Assembly (NCBI GenBank): GCA_965209055.1
Contig: OZ242374.1
Span: 4,288,001 to 4,352,000, forward strand
Reading direction: 5' to 3'
Length of the DNA: 64,000 nt
Source of the DNA: Acidobacteriota bacterium
Lineage (GTDB): Bacteria; Acidobacteriota; UBA6911; RPQK01; JAJDTT01
Below, piece after piece: positions 29,949 through 38,640 of the stretch. The translations under genes and the position numbers were made by a program. Under the pieces are notes generated by a model that searched no databases, was not told the DNA's origin, and saw only the letters and a program-made list of their open reading frames with translations. The first letter of the stretch is position 1, and every line of letters begins with the position of its first letter.

Positions 29949-30990
29949 CCTGGGTCGGCGACAGCAGTCCGCGGTCCCGAAGTTCCTTGAAGATAGCCTC
30001 TCCCAACAGTCGATAGCCCTCGGGGTTGGGATGCCGGGGATCGTTGTAGAGATCGGTCTTCCCGGCGTAGATCCCAGTCAGATCGGCGCAGTAGGGAATC
30101 TGGTGGCAGCGAACCTGGGCGGCCTCGTAGTACCGGGTCAGCGCCACGTGGTAGGGCGTCTCATCCGGACGCAGCCGCTGCTTCCGCTCCTCCCACATCT
30201 CTTCTTCGCGGGGAGACGGATCATAGCTTCCGAAACCCATGATGGGCTGCAACACCGCCATGTACCGTATGCCGAACTCCGCGGAGACGGCGTTCATGAC
30301 GCGCAGGTGCTTCTCCCACACCTCCTCCGCCTTCATTTCGTTCGGATGACCCCAATGAGGTGGCCGCAGGATTTTCTCGCCGGATCCCAGCAAACGGGCC
30401 AAATTGGGCAGAAACAGGCTCTGGGATGCGGAACCGACCACGTATTCCATGATCGACTGCTGCGGATGGTTCACCATGGGAGTGAACGGGGTGATGGACT
30501 TGACCAACCCCAGATCGTTGACCCCGTCCACCGAGATCACCACGTGGGGGTTCAACGCCAAGGCGTCCCGGATCAGCTTGATCACCTCCTGGTTGGTGGA
30601 GTAGCTGCCCACGCCCCCGTTGTAGATGCGCGCGGGGATTCCCTCATTGACCAGGAGCTCCGAGAGAGCTCCCGACCAGTGTCCCTGGTTGTAGGGATCG
30701 GTGGTGGAGCCTCCCAGGGCTACGATGCGCAGTACACCCTCTCCTTCTCCGGCTCCGAAGACCTGAAATGCGGGCTCGGCAGCGTAGCCCAGATGCGGGT
30801 CCACGGCCAGCGCGCCCCGGGAGGTCCCCACGAACACCTTGGCCAGGCGCCGATGAAACTCGCCGCCACGAGACACGAGGAAGCCCGAGGCCGGGCCGGA
30901 GCCCAGGGAAAGCAGCAGCCACGCCACGCCCTCCACGAGAAAAAGGAGGCCCAACGCGAACCCGATTCCGGTACCCAGCTTGCGAATCAT
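29905..30990 (-). CDS. SGNH/GDSL hydrolase family membrane-anchored protein
   Basis: N-terminal TM. Blocks 'ALGGSTT', 'NGGVGSY', 'DGVND' and 'DPRHPN'. Confidence 0.8.
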   Translation of the reverse strand: MIRKLGTGIGFALGLLFLVEGVAWLLLSLGSGPASGFLVSRGGEFHRRLAKVFVGTSRGALAVDPHLGYAAEPAFQVFGAGEGEGVLRIVALGGSTTDPYNQGHWSGALSELLVNEGIPARIYNGGVGSYSTNQEVIKLIRDALALNPHVVISVDGVNDLGLVKSITPFTPMVNHPQQSIMEYVVGSASQSLFLPNLARLLGSGEKILRPPHWGHPNEMKAEEVWEKHLRVMNAVSAEFGIRYMAVLQPIMGFGSYDPSPREEEMWEERKQRLRPDETPYHVALTRYYEAAQVRCHQIPYCADLTGIYAGKTDLYNDPRHPNPEGYRLLGEAIFKELRDRGLLSPTQDAQSDPQGGDADTH

Positions 30991-31102
30991 GTGAACGGCC
31001 TCCGGCTGTCGGCCCATCTTGGTGGCAACTCGGAATCTATCATAGGATTGGCCCGACCGCAGGACGACCCTGCCGGTGACCGGCCGGAAAGGACACGAAC
31101 CG

Positions 31103-32992
31103 ATGATGACTCCAGCAAACCCACGAACCACCCGGCTGACCGCCGCTCAGGCCATCGTCAAATTCCTGCAAGCGCAGTACAGCGAGCGGGATGGCATCCG
31201 GCAACGGCTGGTGCCGGCCATGTTCGGCATCTTCGGCCACGGCAACGTCACCGGCATGGGACAGGCGTTGGAGGAGTACGGTTCGGAGTTGCCTTATTTC
31301 CAGCCCTGCAACGAGCAGTCCATGGTGCATACGGCGGCCGGTTTCGCCCGGGCCAAGCGCCGCCTGGCCACCCTGGCCTGCACCACCTCCATCGGACCCG
31401 GCGCCACCAACATGATCACGGGCGCCGCGGCGGCCACCATCAACCGTTTGCCCGTGCTCCTCTTTCCCTCGGACATCTATGCCAATCGGAAGCAGGGCCC
31501 GGTGCTGCAGCAACTGGAGCACCCTTCCGCCGGAGACGTGAGCGTGAACGACTGCTTCCGCCCCGTGAGCCGCTTTTTCGACCGCATCACCCGGCCGGAG
31601 CAGATTCTCACCGCTCTTCCGGAAGCCATGCGGGTGTTGACGGACCCGGCGGAAACCGGCGCGGTCACCCTTAGTCTGTGCCAGGACGTCCAGCCGGAGG
31701 CGTTCGATTTTCCCGTCCATTTCTTCGAAGAGAGAGAATGGCGGATCGAGCGGCGCCTGCCCGACGCCCAGCGGATCCGGGAGGCCTTGGAGATGTTGAG
31801 GGTGGCCCGGCGGCCCCTCATCATCGCCGGCGGAGGCGTCATCTATTCCGATGCCTCAGCCCAGTTGGAGCGCTTCTCCCGCCGCTGCGGTCTTCCCGTG
31901 GTGGAGACCCACGCCGGCAAGGGGGCCCACGGCCGGCCGTCGGACCTGCTGGCCGGCGGTCTGGGCACCACCGGGAACCCGTCCGCGACCAAGCTGGCCG
32001 CCGCAGCGGACTTGATCGTGTGCGTCGGAACCCGTCTTTCCGATTTCGACACCGGATCCCAATCGGGTTTTCAGCATCCGGACGTTCGCTTTATCAACAT
32101 CAACGTCTGCGGCCGCGACGCCTGCAAGCAGGGAGCCTTGCCTCTCCTGGCCGATGCGAAGGAGGCGCTCGAGGCGCTCGCCCGTGCCGCTCAGGAGGCC
32201 GGGATCGAGACCGAACCGTCCTATCGACGGGAGGTGGTCGAGATCTGCCGGGACTGGGAGGGAGTGTGCCGGCGCGAGGTCGAGGGGCACCAGGGCGAAG
32301 TGATGCTGCAGACACAACTGGTGCGGACCTTGCAGGAAGAGTCACGGCCCGGAGATACGGTCATCGCCGCCGCCGGCAGCCCGCCCGGCGATATCCTCAA
32401 ATTCTGGGACGCCACCGGCGCGCGCCATTGCCACCTGGAATTCGGCTACTCGTGCATGGGCTATGAGATGCCGGCCGGCCTCGGCGTCCGGATGGCTCAT
32501 CCCGAAGGAGAGGTGGTCGTCTTCATCGGCGACGGAACCTACCTGATGAACCCCACCGAGCTGGTCACGGCAGTCCAGGAAAGCCTCAAGCTGACGGTCG
32601 TCGTCAGCGAGAACCGGGGTTATCAATGCATCCGCGGGCTGCAGGAACTGCGCTCCGGACAGGCGTTCGGCAATGAATTTCGCCGGCGCAATCCCGAAAC
32701 GGGACGGCTCGACGGGGACTACCTGAAGATCGACTACGCCGGGAACGCGGCGTCCATGGGGGCCAGGACGTTCAACGTGTCGACCAGGGAGGAGCTGCAA
32801 CGGGCCCTTCGCCAAGCGAGGGAGGAAACCGGAACCTGCGTCATCGTGGTCCGGACCGCCCGGGATGCCACCTCGCCCCCCTCAGGCCTCTTCTGGGACT
32901 TCATGGTGGCTGAGGTCAGCAACGATCCGCTGACGCGGGAACTACGCAGGCAATACGATGAAGAACGCCGGTTCCAGCGGTTCCACTATTAG
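31103..32992 (+). CDS. iolD: 3D-(3,5/4)-trihydroxycyclohexane-1,2-dione acylhydrolase (ThDP-dependent)
   Basis: 'RLTAAQAIVKFL', 'GIFGHGNV.GMGQAL', 'NEQSMVH', 'LQQLE', 'HLEFGYSCMGYE', 'GDGTYLM'. Confidence 0.92.
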   Translation: MMTPANPRTTRLTAAQAIVKFLQAQYSERDGIRQRLVPAMFGIFGHGNVTGMGQALEEYGSELPYFQPCNEQSMVHTAAGFARAKRRLATLACTTSIGPGATNMITGAAAATINRLPVLLFPSDIYANRKQGPVLQQLEHPSAGDVSVNDCFRPVSRFFDRITRPEQILTALPEAMRVLTDPAETGAVTLSLCQDVQPEAFDFPVHFFEEREWRIERRLPDAQRIREALEMLRVARRPLIIAGGGVIYSDASAQLERFSRRCGLPVVETHAGKGAHGRPSDLLAGGLGTTGNPSATKLAAAADLIVCVGTRLSDFDTGSQSGFQHPDVRFININVCGRDACKQGALPLLADAKEALEALARAAQEAGIETEPSYRREVVEICRDWEGVCRREVEGHQGEVMLQTQLVRTLQEESRPGDTVIAAAGSPPGDILKFWDATGARHCHLEFGYSCMGYEMPAGLGVRMAHPEGEVVVFIGDGTYLMNPTELVTAVQESLKLTVVVSENRGYQCIRGLQELRSGQAFGNEFRRRNPETGRLDGDYLKIDYAGNAASMGARTFNVSTREELQRALRQAREETGTCVIVVRTARDATSPPSGLFWDFMVAEVSNDPLTRELRRQYDEERRFQRFHY

Positions 32993-33150
32993 CAGTCCGT
33001 GGTGAAAGTCTCGCGAGCACCGAGACCGTTCCTGCGCCCGCCGGACAAGGCGCTTACGGCGCGCATACCGGGAGTATGTGCCCGAATCGCAACGCAGTCC
33101 GCCGGGATGCAGGGACGGTCGAATGCCGTGACGACTTTTGCCACGGGCTG
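32993..33150. mobile_element. 158-bp MITE-like palindromic element with 18-bp imperfect TIRs and TTAG target-site duplication
   Basis: The left end CAGTCCGTGGTGAAAGTC matches the reverse complement of the right end, CAGCCCGTGGCAAAAGTC, at 15/18. TTAG lies at 32989-32992 and 33151-33154. Nested internal inverted repeats are present. Confidence 0.75.
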
Positions 33151-34650
33151 TTAGGCATCGGAAATCGGACGGATCCGTTTCCACCGGGATGCGACCAGCA
33201 TGGATCCCGAGAGCAGCACCGCCAGGATCACGAATCCGCGGATCTGATCGTAGTCCCAGATGGCCTTGAGTCCCATGGCGGTGAAGGCGAGCCCGGCCAC
33301 CAGGTTGGCGGCCGCCAGGAAACGGGGCATCCTCAATTTCTCCGGCAGAAACTTCCAATCCGACCAGATGTTGGCCAGGCAATAGAAGCCGCAGAGCAGT
33401 ACACCCGTGTAGATGCCGGCGGGGGTCACGATGTCCAGGAGATCCACCTGGGGGAAGAGCCGCGTCAACCAGAGGATGCCCAGGCCTCCCAGCAGGATCC
33501 AGAGAATGGTGGCCCATCGCAGTCTCGAATTGTCCAGCTCCGAGCGGGTCTTCCCCAGGGTCAACCCGAACTCGTACAAGAGCCGGTACGTCACCTCCGG
33601 GCCGCCGTAGAGGATTCCGAAGAAGGCGAAAAAGACGCCGATCTTGTAGAGAGGCAGCAGCCACGGACTCAATGTGGTGAGGAAGGTGGCCTGGTAATTG
33701 AGGAGGTTGACTCCGTCCGGAACCAGGTAGTGAGGCTGCAGGAGAACGGTTCCCAGAATCGAGAAGCAGGCGGCGACCAGCACGATCATGGCGAAGCTGA
33801 CCACGGTATCGATGACCGCTGCCCGAACCCAGAGTCGCGCCGGATCATCGGGACGAGCCGCGGCCTTCGCCAACCGGGCCGATGTGACCGGACCGCAGGC
33901 GCTGTGACCCCACTTCTTCTCCCGCAGGAAGGAAACGTACGCCAGGTAGTCGTAACTCTGGCCTCCGAGGGCAGCGGCATAGACCATGATCTCCAGCCAA
34001 GGGGAGCGGGCCGCCATTTCCGGCAGCTCCCGCGCAAGCCACTCGGGATAGGTCAAGGCGACTGGCACCAGGAAACCTTCGAACACCTTCCACCAGTCGG
34101 GCCGAACGTGGAAGACGGCGACGAGGATGCAGCTCACCGTCACGCCCAGAATCAACATCTGCGCCTTTTCCAGGAATTGGTAGCGGCCGACGGCCAGGAG
34201 CAGAAGGGCGACCGCCACCCAGAGACTCGCCCAGGCGTGGAGGCTTCCCACGCCGAAGATCCAGGTGCAGATGGTCCCCAGCACGCCTTCCAGGAAGCAC
34301 AGCCAGAGCGGCGAGCAGACCACCGCCACCGCGACCATGAACAGGTTCATCCATCCGGGAGGACCGGGGATGGAACTCCAACGCCGGCACGGATGGCCTC
34401 CGGTCAGGATCATGTGGCGCATGCTGGTGTAGACCAGGATCCACTTGAGCAGGGCGATGAGCAGCAGGACCCAGAGGATCCGGTATCCGAAGACGGAGCC
34501 GGTTCGGGAAGGGAAGAAGATTTCTCCGCTGCCGATGTTGACCGAAGCGATGATGGCGCCGGGACCGAAGAAGGCCAGCCAGCGAAGGGGGCTCCGGGAA
34601 AGCAACGAAGGCGGAGGCGGGGGAAACCCTGGTTTGGAATCTTCGGGCAT
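33151..34650 (-). CDS. Nramp/APC-superfamily transporter of unknown substrate
   Basis: 'FGPGAIIASVNIGSGE...GSVFGYRILW' and about 11 TM segments. Lacks the DPGN of MntH. Confidence 0.8.
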   Translation of the reverse strand: MPEDSKPGFPPPPPSLLSRSPLRWLAFFGPGAIIASVNIGSGEIFFPSRTGSVFGYRILWVLLLIALLKWILVYTSMRHMILTGGHPCRRWSSIPGPPGWMNLFMVAVAVVCSPLWLCFLEGVLGTICTWIFGVGSLHAWASLWVAVALLLLAVGRYQFLEKAQMLILGVTVSCILVAVFHVRPDWWKVFEGFLVPVALTYPEWLARELPEMAARSPWLEIMVYAAALGGQSYDYLAYVSFLREKKWGHSACGPVTSARLAKAAARPDDPARLWVRAAVIDTVVSFAMIVLVAACFSILGTVLLQPHYLVPDGVNLLNYQATFLTTLSPWLLPLYKIGVFFAFFGILYGGPEVTYRLLYEFGLTLGKTRSELDNSRLRWATILWILLGGLGILWLTRLFPQVDLLDIVTPAGIYTGVLLCGFYCLANIWSDWKFLPEKLRMPRFLAAANLVAGLAFTAMGLKAIWDYDQIRGFVILAVLLSGSMLVASRWKRIRPISDA

Positions 34651-34720
34651 GGGCGTCAGTATAAGGCGGCGTGCGCGTCGTGGTGAAATCTGTATTGGGA
34701 ATCAACGGAGTGAACGAATC

Positions 34721-36295
34721 ATGAGATACCGGGTGGGAACCCTCGTTTTGTCTATCGGTCTCGTTGCGGCGGTCGCGGAAGCGGCCTCCCACAAACCGCT
34801 GAAGATCGGCTCGCAACGGCAACTCTTCATCGACGACCACGTCGTCGAGTCGATGGAGCCGCGGGTCTACCGGCACCTGAACCAGCCGTTGAAATACCGG
34901 GACAACCCGGTGATCCGGATGGACAAGGATTGGGAACACAAGGGAGGCCTGTCCCATGGAGGCGACTGCGGACAGATCTTCTACGATCCGGACCGGAAGC
35001 TCTACCGGTTCTACGGGTTGATGGTCAACTGGGACTGGTCGCAAAAATGGATCTTCTACGCCGAATCCAAGGACGGCATCCATTGGGTCAAGCCGGGCCT
35101 GGGACAGGTGGAGTACCTCGGTTACGACACGAATTTCATCTCCCTGCCTTTCGACGCGGAGGCGGCGAGCAACACCGTCTTCCGAGATCCGGCCGCCAAG
35201 AGCGAAGACGAGCGGTTCAAGATGATCTACTTCCAGATGCGGGACGGCAAGCGAGTCATGATGCCCGCCTATTCCCGGGACGGCCTGCACTGGAAGGCCT
35301 ACGAAGTGGAGCGGCCCGTAGTCAATTTCTGGTCGGATACCAACAACAACCTGCTCTGGGACCCCAACAGGAAGCGGTACATCCTCTACCTGAGGAGTTT
35401 CAACAAGCTGAGCCGGTGGATGACTCCGGAGCCGGTCTATCCCGCAGATGCACGTGTCCGCACCGCTTCCTTCGCTACGAGTGTCGACTTTCTCAACTGG
35501 GACGCCCAACCGACGCTACGGGACGCCCCGGACCGCTTCATTGCCTTTCACGCCGACGACAAGGACCGGGTCGGGGATCGAAATTTCTACACCTTGGAAG
35601 TGCTCCCCTACGAGGAGGGATACGTCGGATTCACCTCCGTCTACCACACCATGTTCGGGACCGCGCCGTCAGCCATGGATACCGGCAACGCCCAGTCCCC
35701 CTGGATGGAGAAGATGGACGTGCAACTGCTCTGGAGCCGGGACGCGGAGCGATTCCAGCGGGTCGGCGACCGGCGGGTCTTCATCCCCAACGGGCCGCCG
35801 GGAACCTGGGATGAGCACCTGGTCTATGCGGTCCACAACGGGATCGTCCGCGAAGACCTGGGCGAGATCTGGATCTACTACGAGGGATTTCGCGGGCACC
35901 ACTGGTTCTACCATCGCCAGGAGCCCCAACTGGGACAGGTCGGCCTGGCCATCCTCCGGCTCGACGGCTTCGTGAGCGTGACCGGGAAGGGAGCCCTGAC
36001 CACGCGTCCCCTCCTGCTCGAAGGAAACCGTCTCAAGATCAACGCCACCGGAGTGGACAGGTTCGTGGGTCCCGGCTACGGGATCGTGAGGATCGAGGTC
36101 CTGGACGCCGCTACGGGCAAAACAGTGACCGGATTCGGAAAAGAGGAATCGGACGCCTTCGGCGGGGACGAGATCGGATATACGGCGAGCTGGCAGGGCA
36201 AGTCGGATCTGAGCTCCCTGCGGGGAAAAGCGGTGCGGCTGCGGTTCCACCTGGACAAGGCCAAGCTCTTCTCCTTCTGGGTCGATCAGGAATGA
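34721..36295 (+). CDS. Secreted five-bladed beta-propeller glycoside-hydrolase-like protein of unknown specificity
   Basis: Signal peptide. 'RQLFIDDHVV', 'YAESKDGIHWVKPGLG', 'QLLWSRD', 'LRLDGFVS', 'LDKAKLFSF'. Paralog of 27125-28693. Confidence 0.6.
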   Translation: MRYRVGTLVLSIGLVAAVAEAASHKPLKIGSQRQLFIDDHVVESMEPRVYRHLNQPLKYRDNPVIRMDKDWEHKGGLSHGGDCGQIFYDPDRKLYRFYGLMVNWDWSQKWIFYAESKDGIHWVKPGLGQVEYLGYDTNFISLPFDAEAASNTVFRDPAAKSEDERFKMIYFQMRDGKRVMMPAYSRDGLHWKAYEVERPVVNFWSDTNNNLLWDPNRKRYILYLRSFNKLSRWMTPEPVYPADARVRTASFATSVDFLNWDAQPTLRDAPDRFIAFHADDKDRVGDRNFYTLEVLPYEEGYVGFTSVYHTMFGTAPSAMDTGNAQSPWMEKMDVQLLWSRDAERFQRVGDRRVFIPNGPPGTWDEHLVYAVHNGIVREDLGEIWIYYEGFRGHHWFYHRQEPQLGQVGLAILRLDGFVSVTGKGALTTRPLLLEGNRLKINATGVDRFVGPGYGIVRIEVLDAATGKTVTGFGKEESDAFGGDEIGYTASWQGKSDLSSLRGKAVRLRFHLDKAKLFSFWVDQE

Positions 36296-36353
36296 CCAGG
36301 CGAACCAAGGCCTCTACCGAGAAACCCGCATCCGCCGGAACAGGGGGATGAAA

Positions 36354-36427
36354 CGCGCCCGGCAGGGCTCGAACCTGCGGCCTTTGGTTTCGTAGACCAA
36401 CGCTCTATCCAGCTGAGCTACGGGCGC
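36354..36427 (-). tRNA. tRNA-Arg(ACG), CCA not encoded
   Basis: Minus strand GCGCCCGTAGCTCAGCTGGATAGAGCG-TTGGT-CTACGAA-ACCAA-AGGCC-GCAGG-TTCGAGC-CCTGC-CGGGCGC-G forms a full cloverleaf with anticodon ACG. Confidence 0.96.
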
Positions 36428-36486
36428 TTTAAGTGCCGGGAGTTTAGCAGAATCGAGCCGTGCCAGGAAGGCGCGCTCAGAGCAAT

Positions 36487-37056
36487 CTACAACGACTCTC
36501 CCAACTTGTTCTTTCGGGCCCGGTCGCGCAATGAGCCCTCCCGGTAGTATTCGTCGGGCGGAGTCCCGATGAAGACCCACCAGCAGTCCTCCTGGGTGTG
36601 ATTGTAGACCGACCGCGGCACGTCGGCTGGGAATCGGAAGGCGTCGAAGGCTTTTGCCTCGACCACGGTGTCGTCGATTCGAATCTGGCTCCGGCCCTGC
36701 ATCAGGATGTAGGTCTCTTCCGCCTGTTCGTGCGTATGGTGTCCTACCGACTGGCCCGGCTTCAGGTGACCGATGGAGAAGGCGACGTGCTCGCATTCCA
36801 AGTGGGGATCGTAGGCGCGAAGATCCCCGTTTTCGGCCTTGGGCCACGGGTGGTCCTGGTCATTGATGGGGCTCCCCGGAGTCCCCGCCGGCGGAAGCCA
36901 GTCCCATCGAACCCGCCGGGATCGCTGTTTGTGGCCCTCGGCGGTCCTCACGGCCGCCCCCGCCAGCGCCGCTTCCTTCAGGATCAGGGCCAGCGCCGAA
37001 ACTCCGGCGGCCGAAGTCTTCAAGAAACCTCTCCTTTTCTTTTCGGATCTCCACAT
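36487..37056 (-). CDS. Cupin-domain protein with Tat signal
   Basis: 'KRRGFLK' Tat motif. Cupin motif 'GHHTHEQAEETYILMQG...FRFPADVPRSVYN'. GGAGG RBS. Confidence 0.8.
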   Translation of the reverse strand: MWRSEKKRRGFLKTSAAGVSALALILKEAALAGAAVRTAEGHKQRSRRVRWDWLPPAGTPGSPINDQDHPWPKAENGDLRAYDPHLECEHVAFSIGHLKPGQSVGHHTHEQAEETYILMQGRSQIRIDDTVVEAKAFDAFRFPADVPRSVYNHTQEDCWWVFIGTPPDEYYREGSLRDRARKNKLGESL

Positions 37057-37104
37057 CTGACCTCCTCGGAACTCTTTTCCCTCGTTTGCGCCCGAGCAAT
37101 CGGT

Positions 37105-38610
37105 TTAGAAGTTCCACACGGGAATCGGTTCCCCGGCCGAGATCACCTCCTCCAGGTATGCTCCCGTGTGAGGCGTCGGGTCTTGCATATGGGTCAACTC
37201 TCCGTACTCCAGGATCCGCAGCGCGATGACGTTGCGCCACCTTCCATCGGCCAGGCGCAGGGTGACGGCCACGGGGTGGTCCACCCTCCAGGCGGTGCCG
37301 CCGGGAGCCGGTCCAAATTCCTTCCTCAGGTCCCGGGCGATCAGGGCCGGGAGCAACCCGGTCCTCTCCTCGTTCAAAGGCCAGAAACAGAGGGTTTTGC
37401 GGCTGCGTCCCCCCCAGAGAGGGCTCCCACGGGAATCCTTGACCAGCTTGATCCGGTCCAGACCCTCCATGAAGACCTCGTAGAGGTTGGCCGTCACGTA
37501 GGGGGTGCCGTCAGCGGCCTGATTCAGGACGATGGGGGCCGATGAGATCAGGCCCCGGACATGGATGATTTTGGTCCAGGTCTCACCATTGTCGCGGGAG
37601 CGCCAGACTCGGATGTCATGGTCGGCCGTCCGCGTCTCGGAAGCTTCGAAGTGCTCGGGACTCCTGCTTCCGCGGGCAGAGAAGAGGATGGACCCGTCCT
37701 GATCGCGGACCGCGCTGGCCTCGAAGCTGTTGTCCTGGCCGGTGACGGGAACGAAGGAGACGGGGCGCCATGAGCCGTCCACGCGCCTCCACCGCGCCAA
37801 CCCCGAACCGCCCGTCATTCCCGGCCGGTTGCCCTTCATGGCAAAGAGAAGATCGTCGCCGTCGGGAATCGCCGTCATCAGGCTTGCGGTCAGACGCCAG
37901 CCTGCAACCATGGATTCCTGCGAAACCCGCTCGGTATTGGCCACACTGAAGGTCTCGCCGTCATAGGCCAGTTGATGAAGCTCCAGGTAGGAGTACATCT
38001 GACTCAAATCTTCGAACACCGAGGTTTTGGGATTTCGGCCGAACATGTTCACCCCATAGGGCGGGGGACCTTCGACGGTGGTCCTCCAGGCGATGGACTG
38101 GTTGAGGCCGAAGCCGGTGCCGGCGTGGGGATGGGGCGAGCCGTCCGGCCGTTTCGCGCCGAAGGGAACGAAGCCTCCCATGACCGGGTACTTCACCATG
38201 ATGGCTTCCTGGTTGGGCGGCTTGGAATTGGGGTTGAGCTCGTTGTGGTTGCGGGTAATGGGGACGGCGCGTTCCGGGTTCAGGCCGGTGATGTCGTCGA
38301 ACGGGATCAGATCGGAGCCGTTTTCGAAGTCGGTGCCTTTCCATCCCGAAACCCGGATGTTGCAGATATACCCGCCGGTGTTGGGGCCCAACTGGATGGG
38401 CAATCCCAACTGATAGATCCAGGTCTCTCCTTCCGGGGTTTTTACGGGAAAACGCAAATCCGGGAAACCCCGCGTCACATCGATGATCCCACTATCAGGA
38501 AGAGGCGGCGTTTCTGCCGGCGGCGGCGGGGAGCCGCAAGCGGCCAGAGACCATAGGACGACGAGACTGAGCGGTTTGATCCAAGCCGAGACTTCGTGGC
38601 GTCTTGTCAT
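37105..38610 (-). CDS. Lipoprotein with sialidase-like / BNR repeat, function unknown
   Basis: Lipobox 'LAAC', Pro-rich linker, and Asp-box 'SRDNGETW'. Confidence 0.6.
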   Translation of the reverse strand: MTRRHEVSAWIKPLSLVVLWSLAACGSPPPPAETPPLPDSGIIDVTRGFPDLRFPVKTPEGETWIYQLGLPIQLGPNTGGYICNIRVSGWKGTDFENGSDLIPFDDITGLNPERAVPITRNHNELNPNSKPPNQEAIMVKYPVMGGFVPFGAKRPDGSPHPHAGTGFGLNQSIAWRTTVEGPPPYGVNMFGRNPKTSVFEDLSQMYSYLELHQLAYDGETFSVANTERVSQESMVAGWRLTASLMTAIPDGDDLLFAMKGNRPGMTGGSGLARWRRVDGSWRPVSFVPVTGQDNSFEASAVRDQDGSILFSARGSRSPEHFEASETRTADHDIRVWRSRDNGETWTKIIHVRGLISSAPIVLNQAADGTPYVTANLYEVFMEGLDRIKLVKDSRGSPLWGGRSRKTLCFWPLNEERTGLLPALIARDLRKEFGPAPGGTAWRVDHPVAVTLRLADGRWRNVIALRILEYGELTHMQDPTPHTGAYLEEVISAGEPIPVWNF

Positions 38611-38640
38611 GGGGACTCTCCTTCGGGGGACAGGGTGAAT

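Noticed and set aside
36300-36430. tRNA-Arg as an integration site bounding a genomic island
   Set aside because: No integrase, and I found no duplicated tRNA 3' end in the window. Similar gene types lie on both sides.
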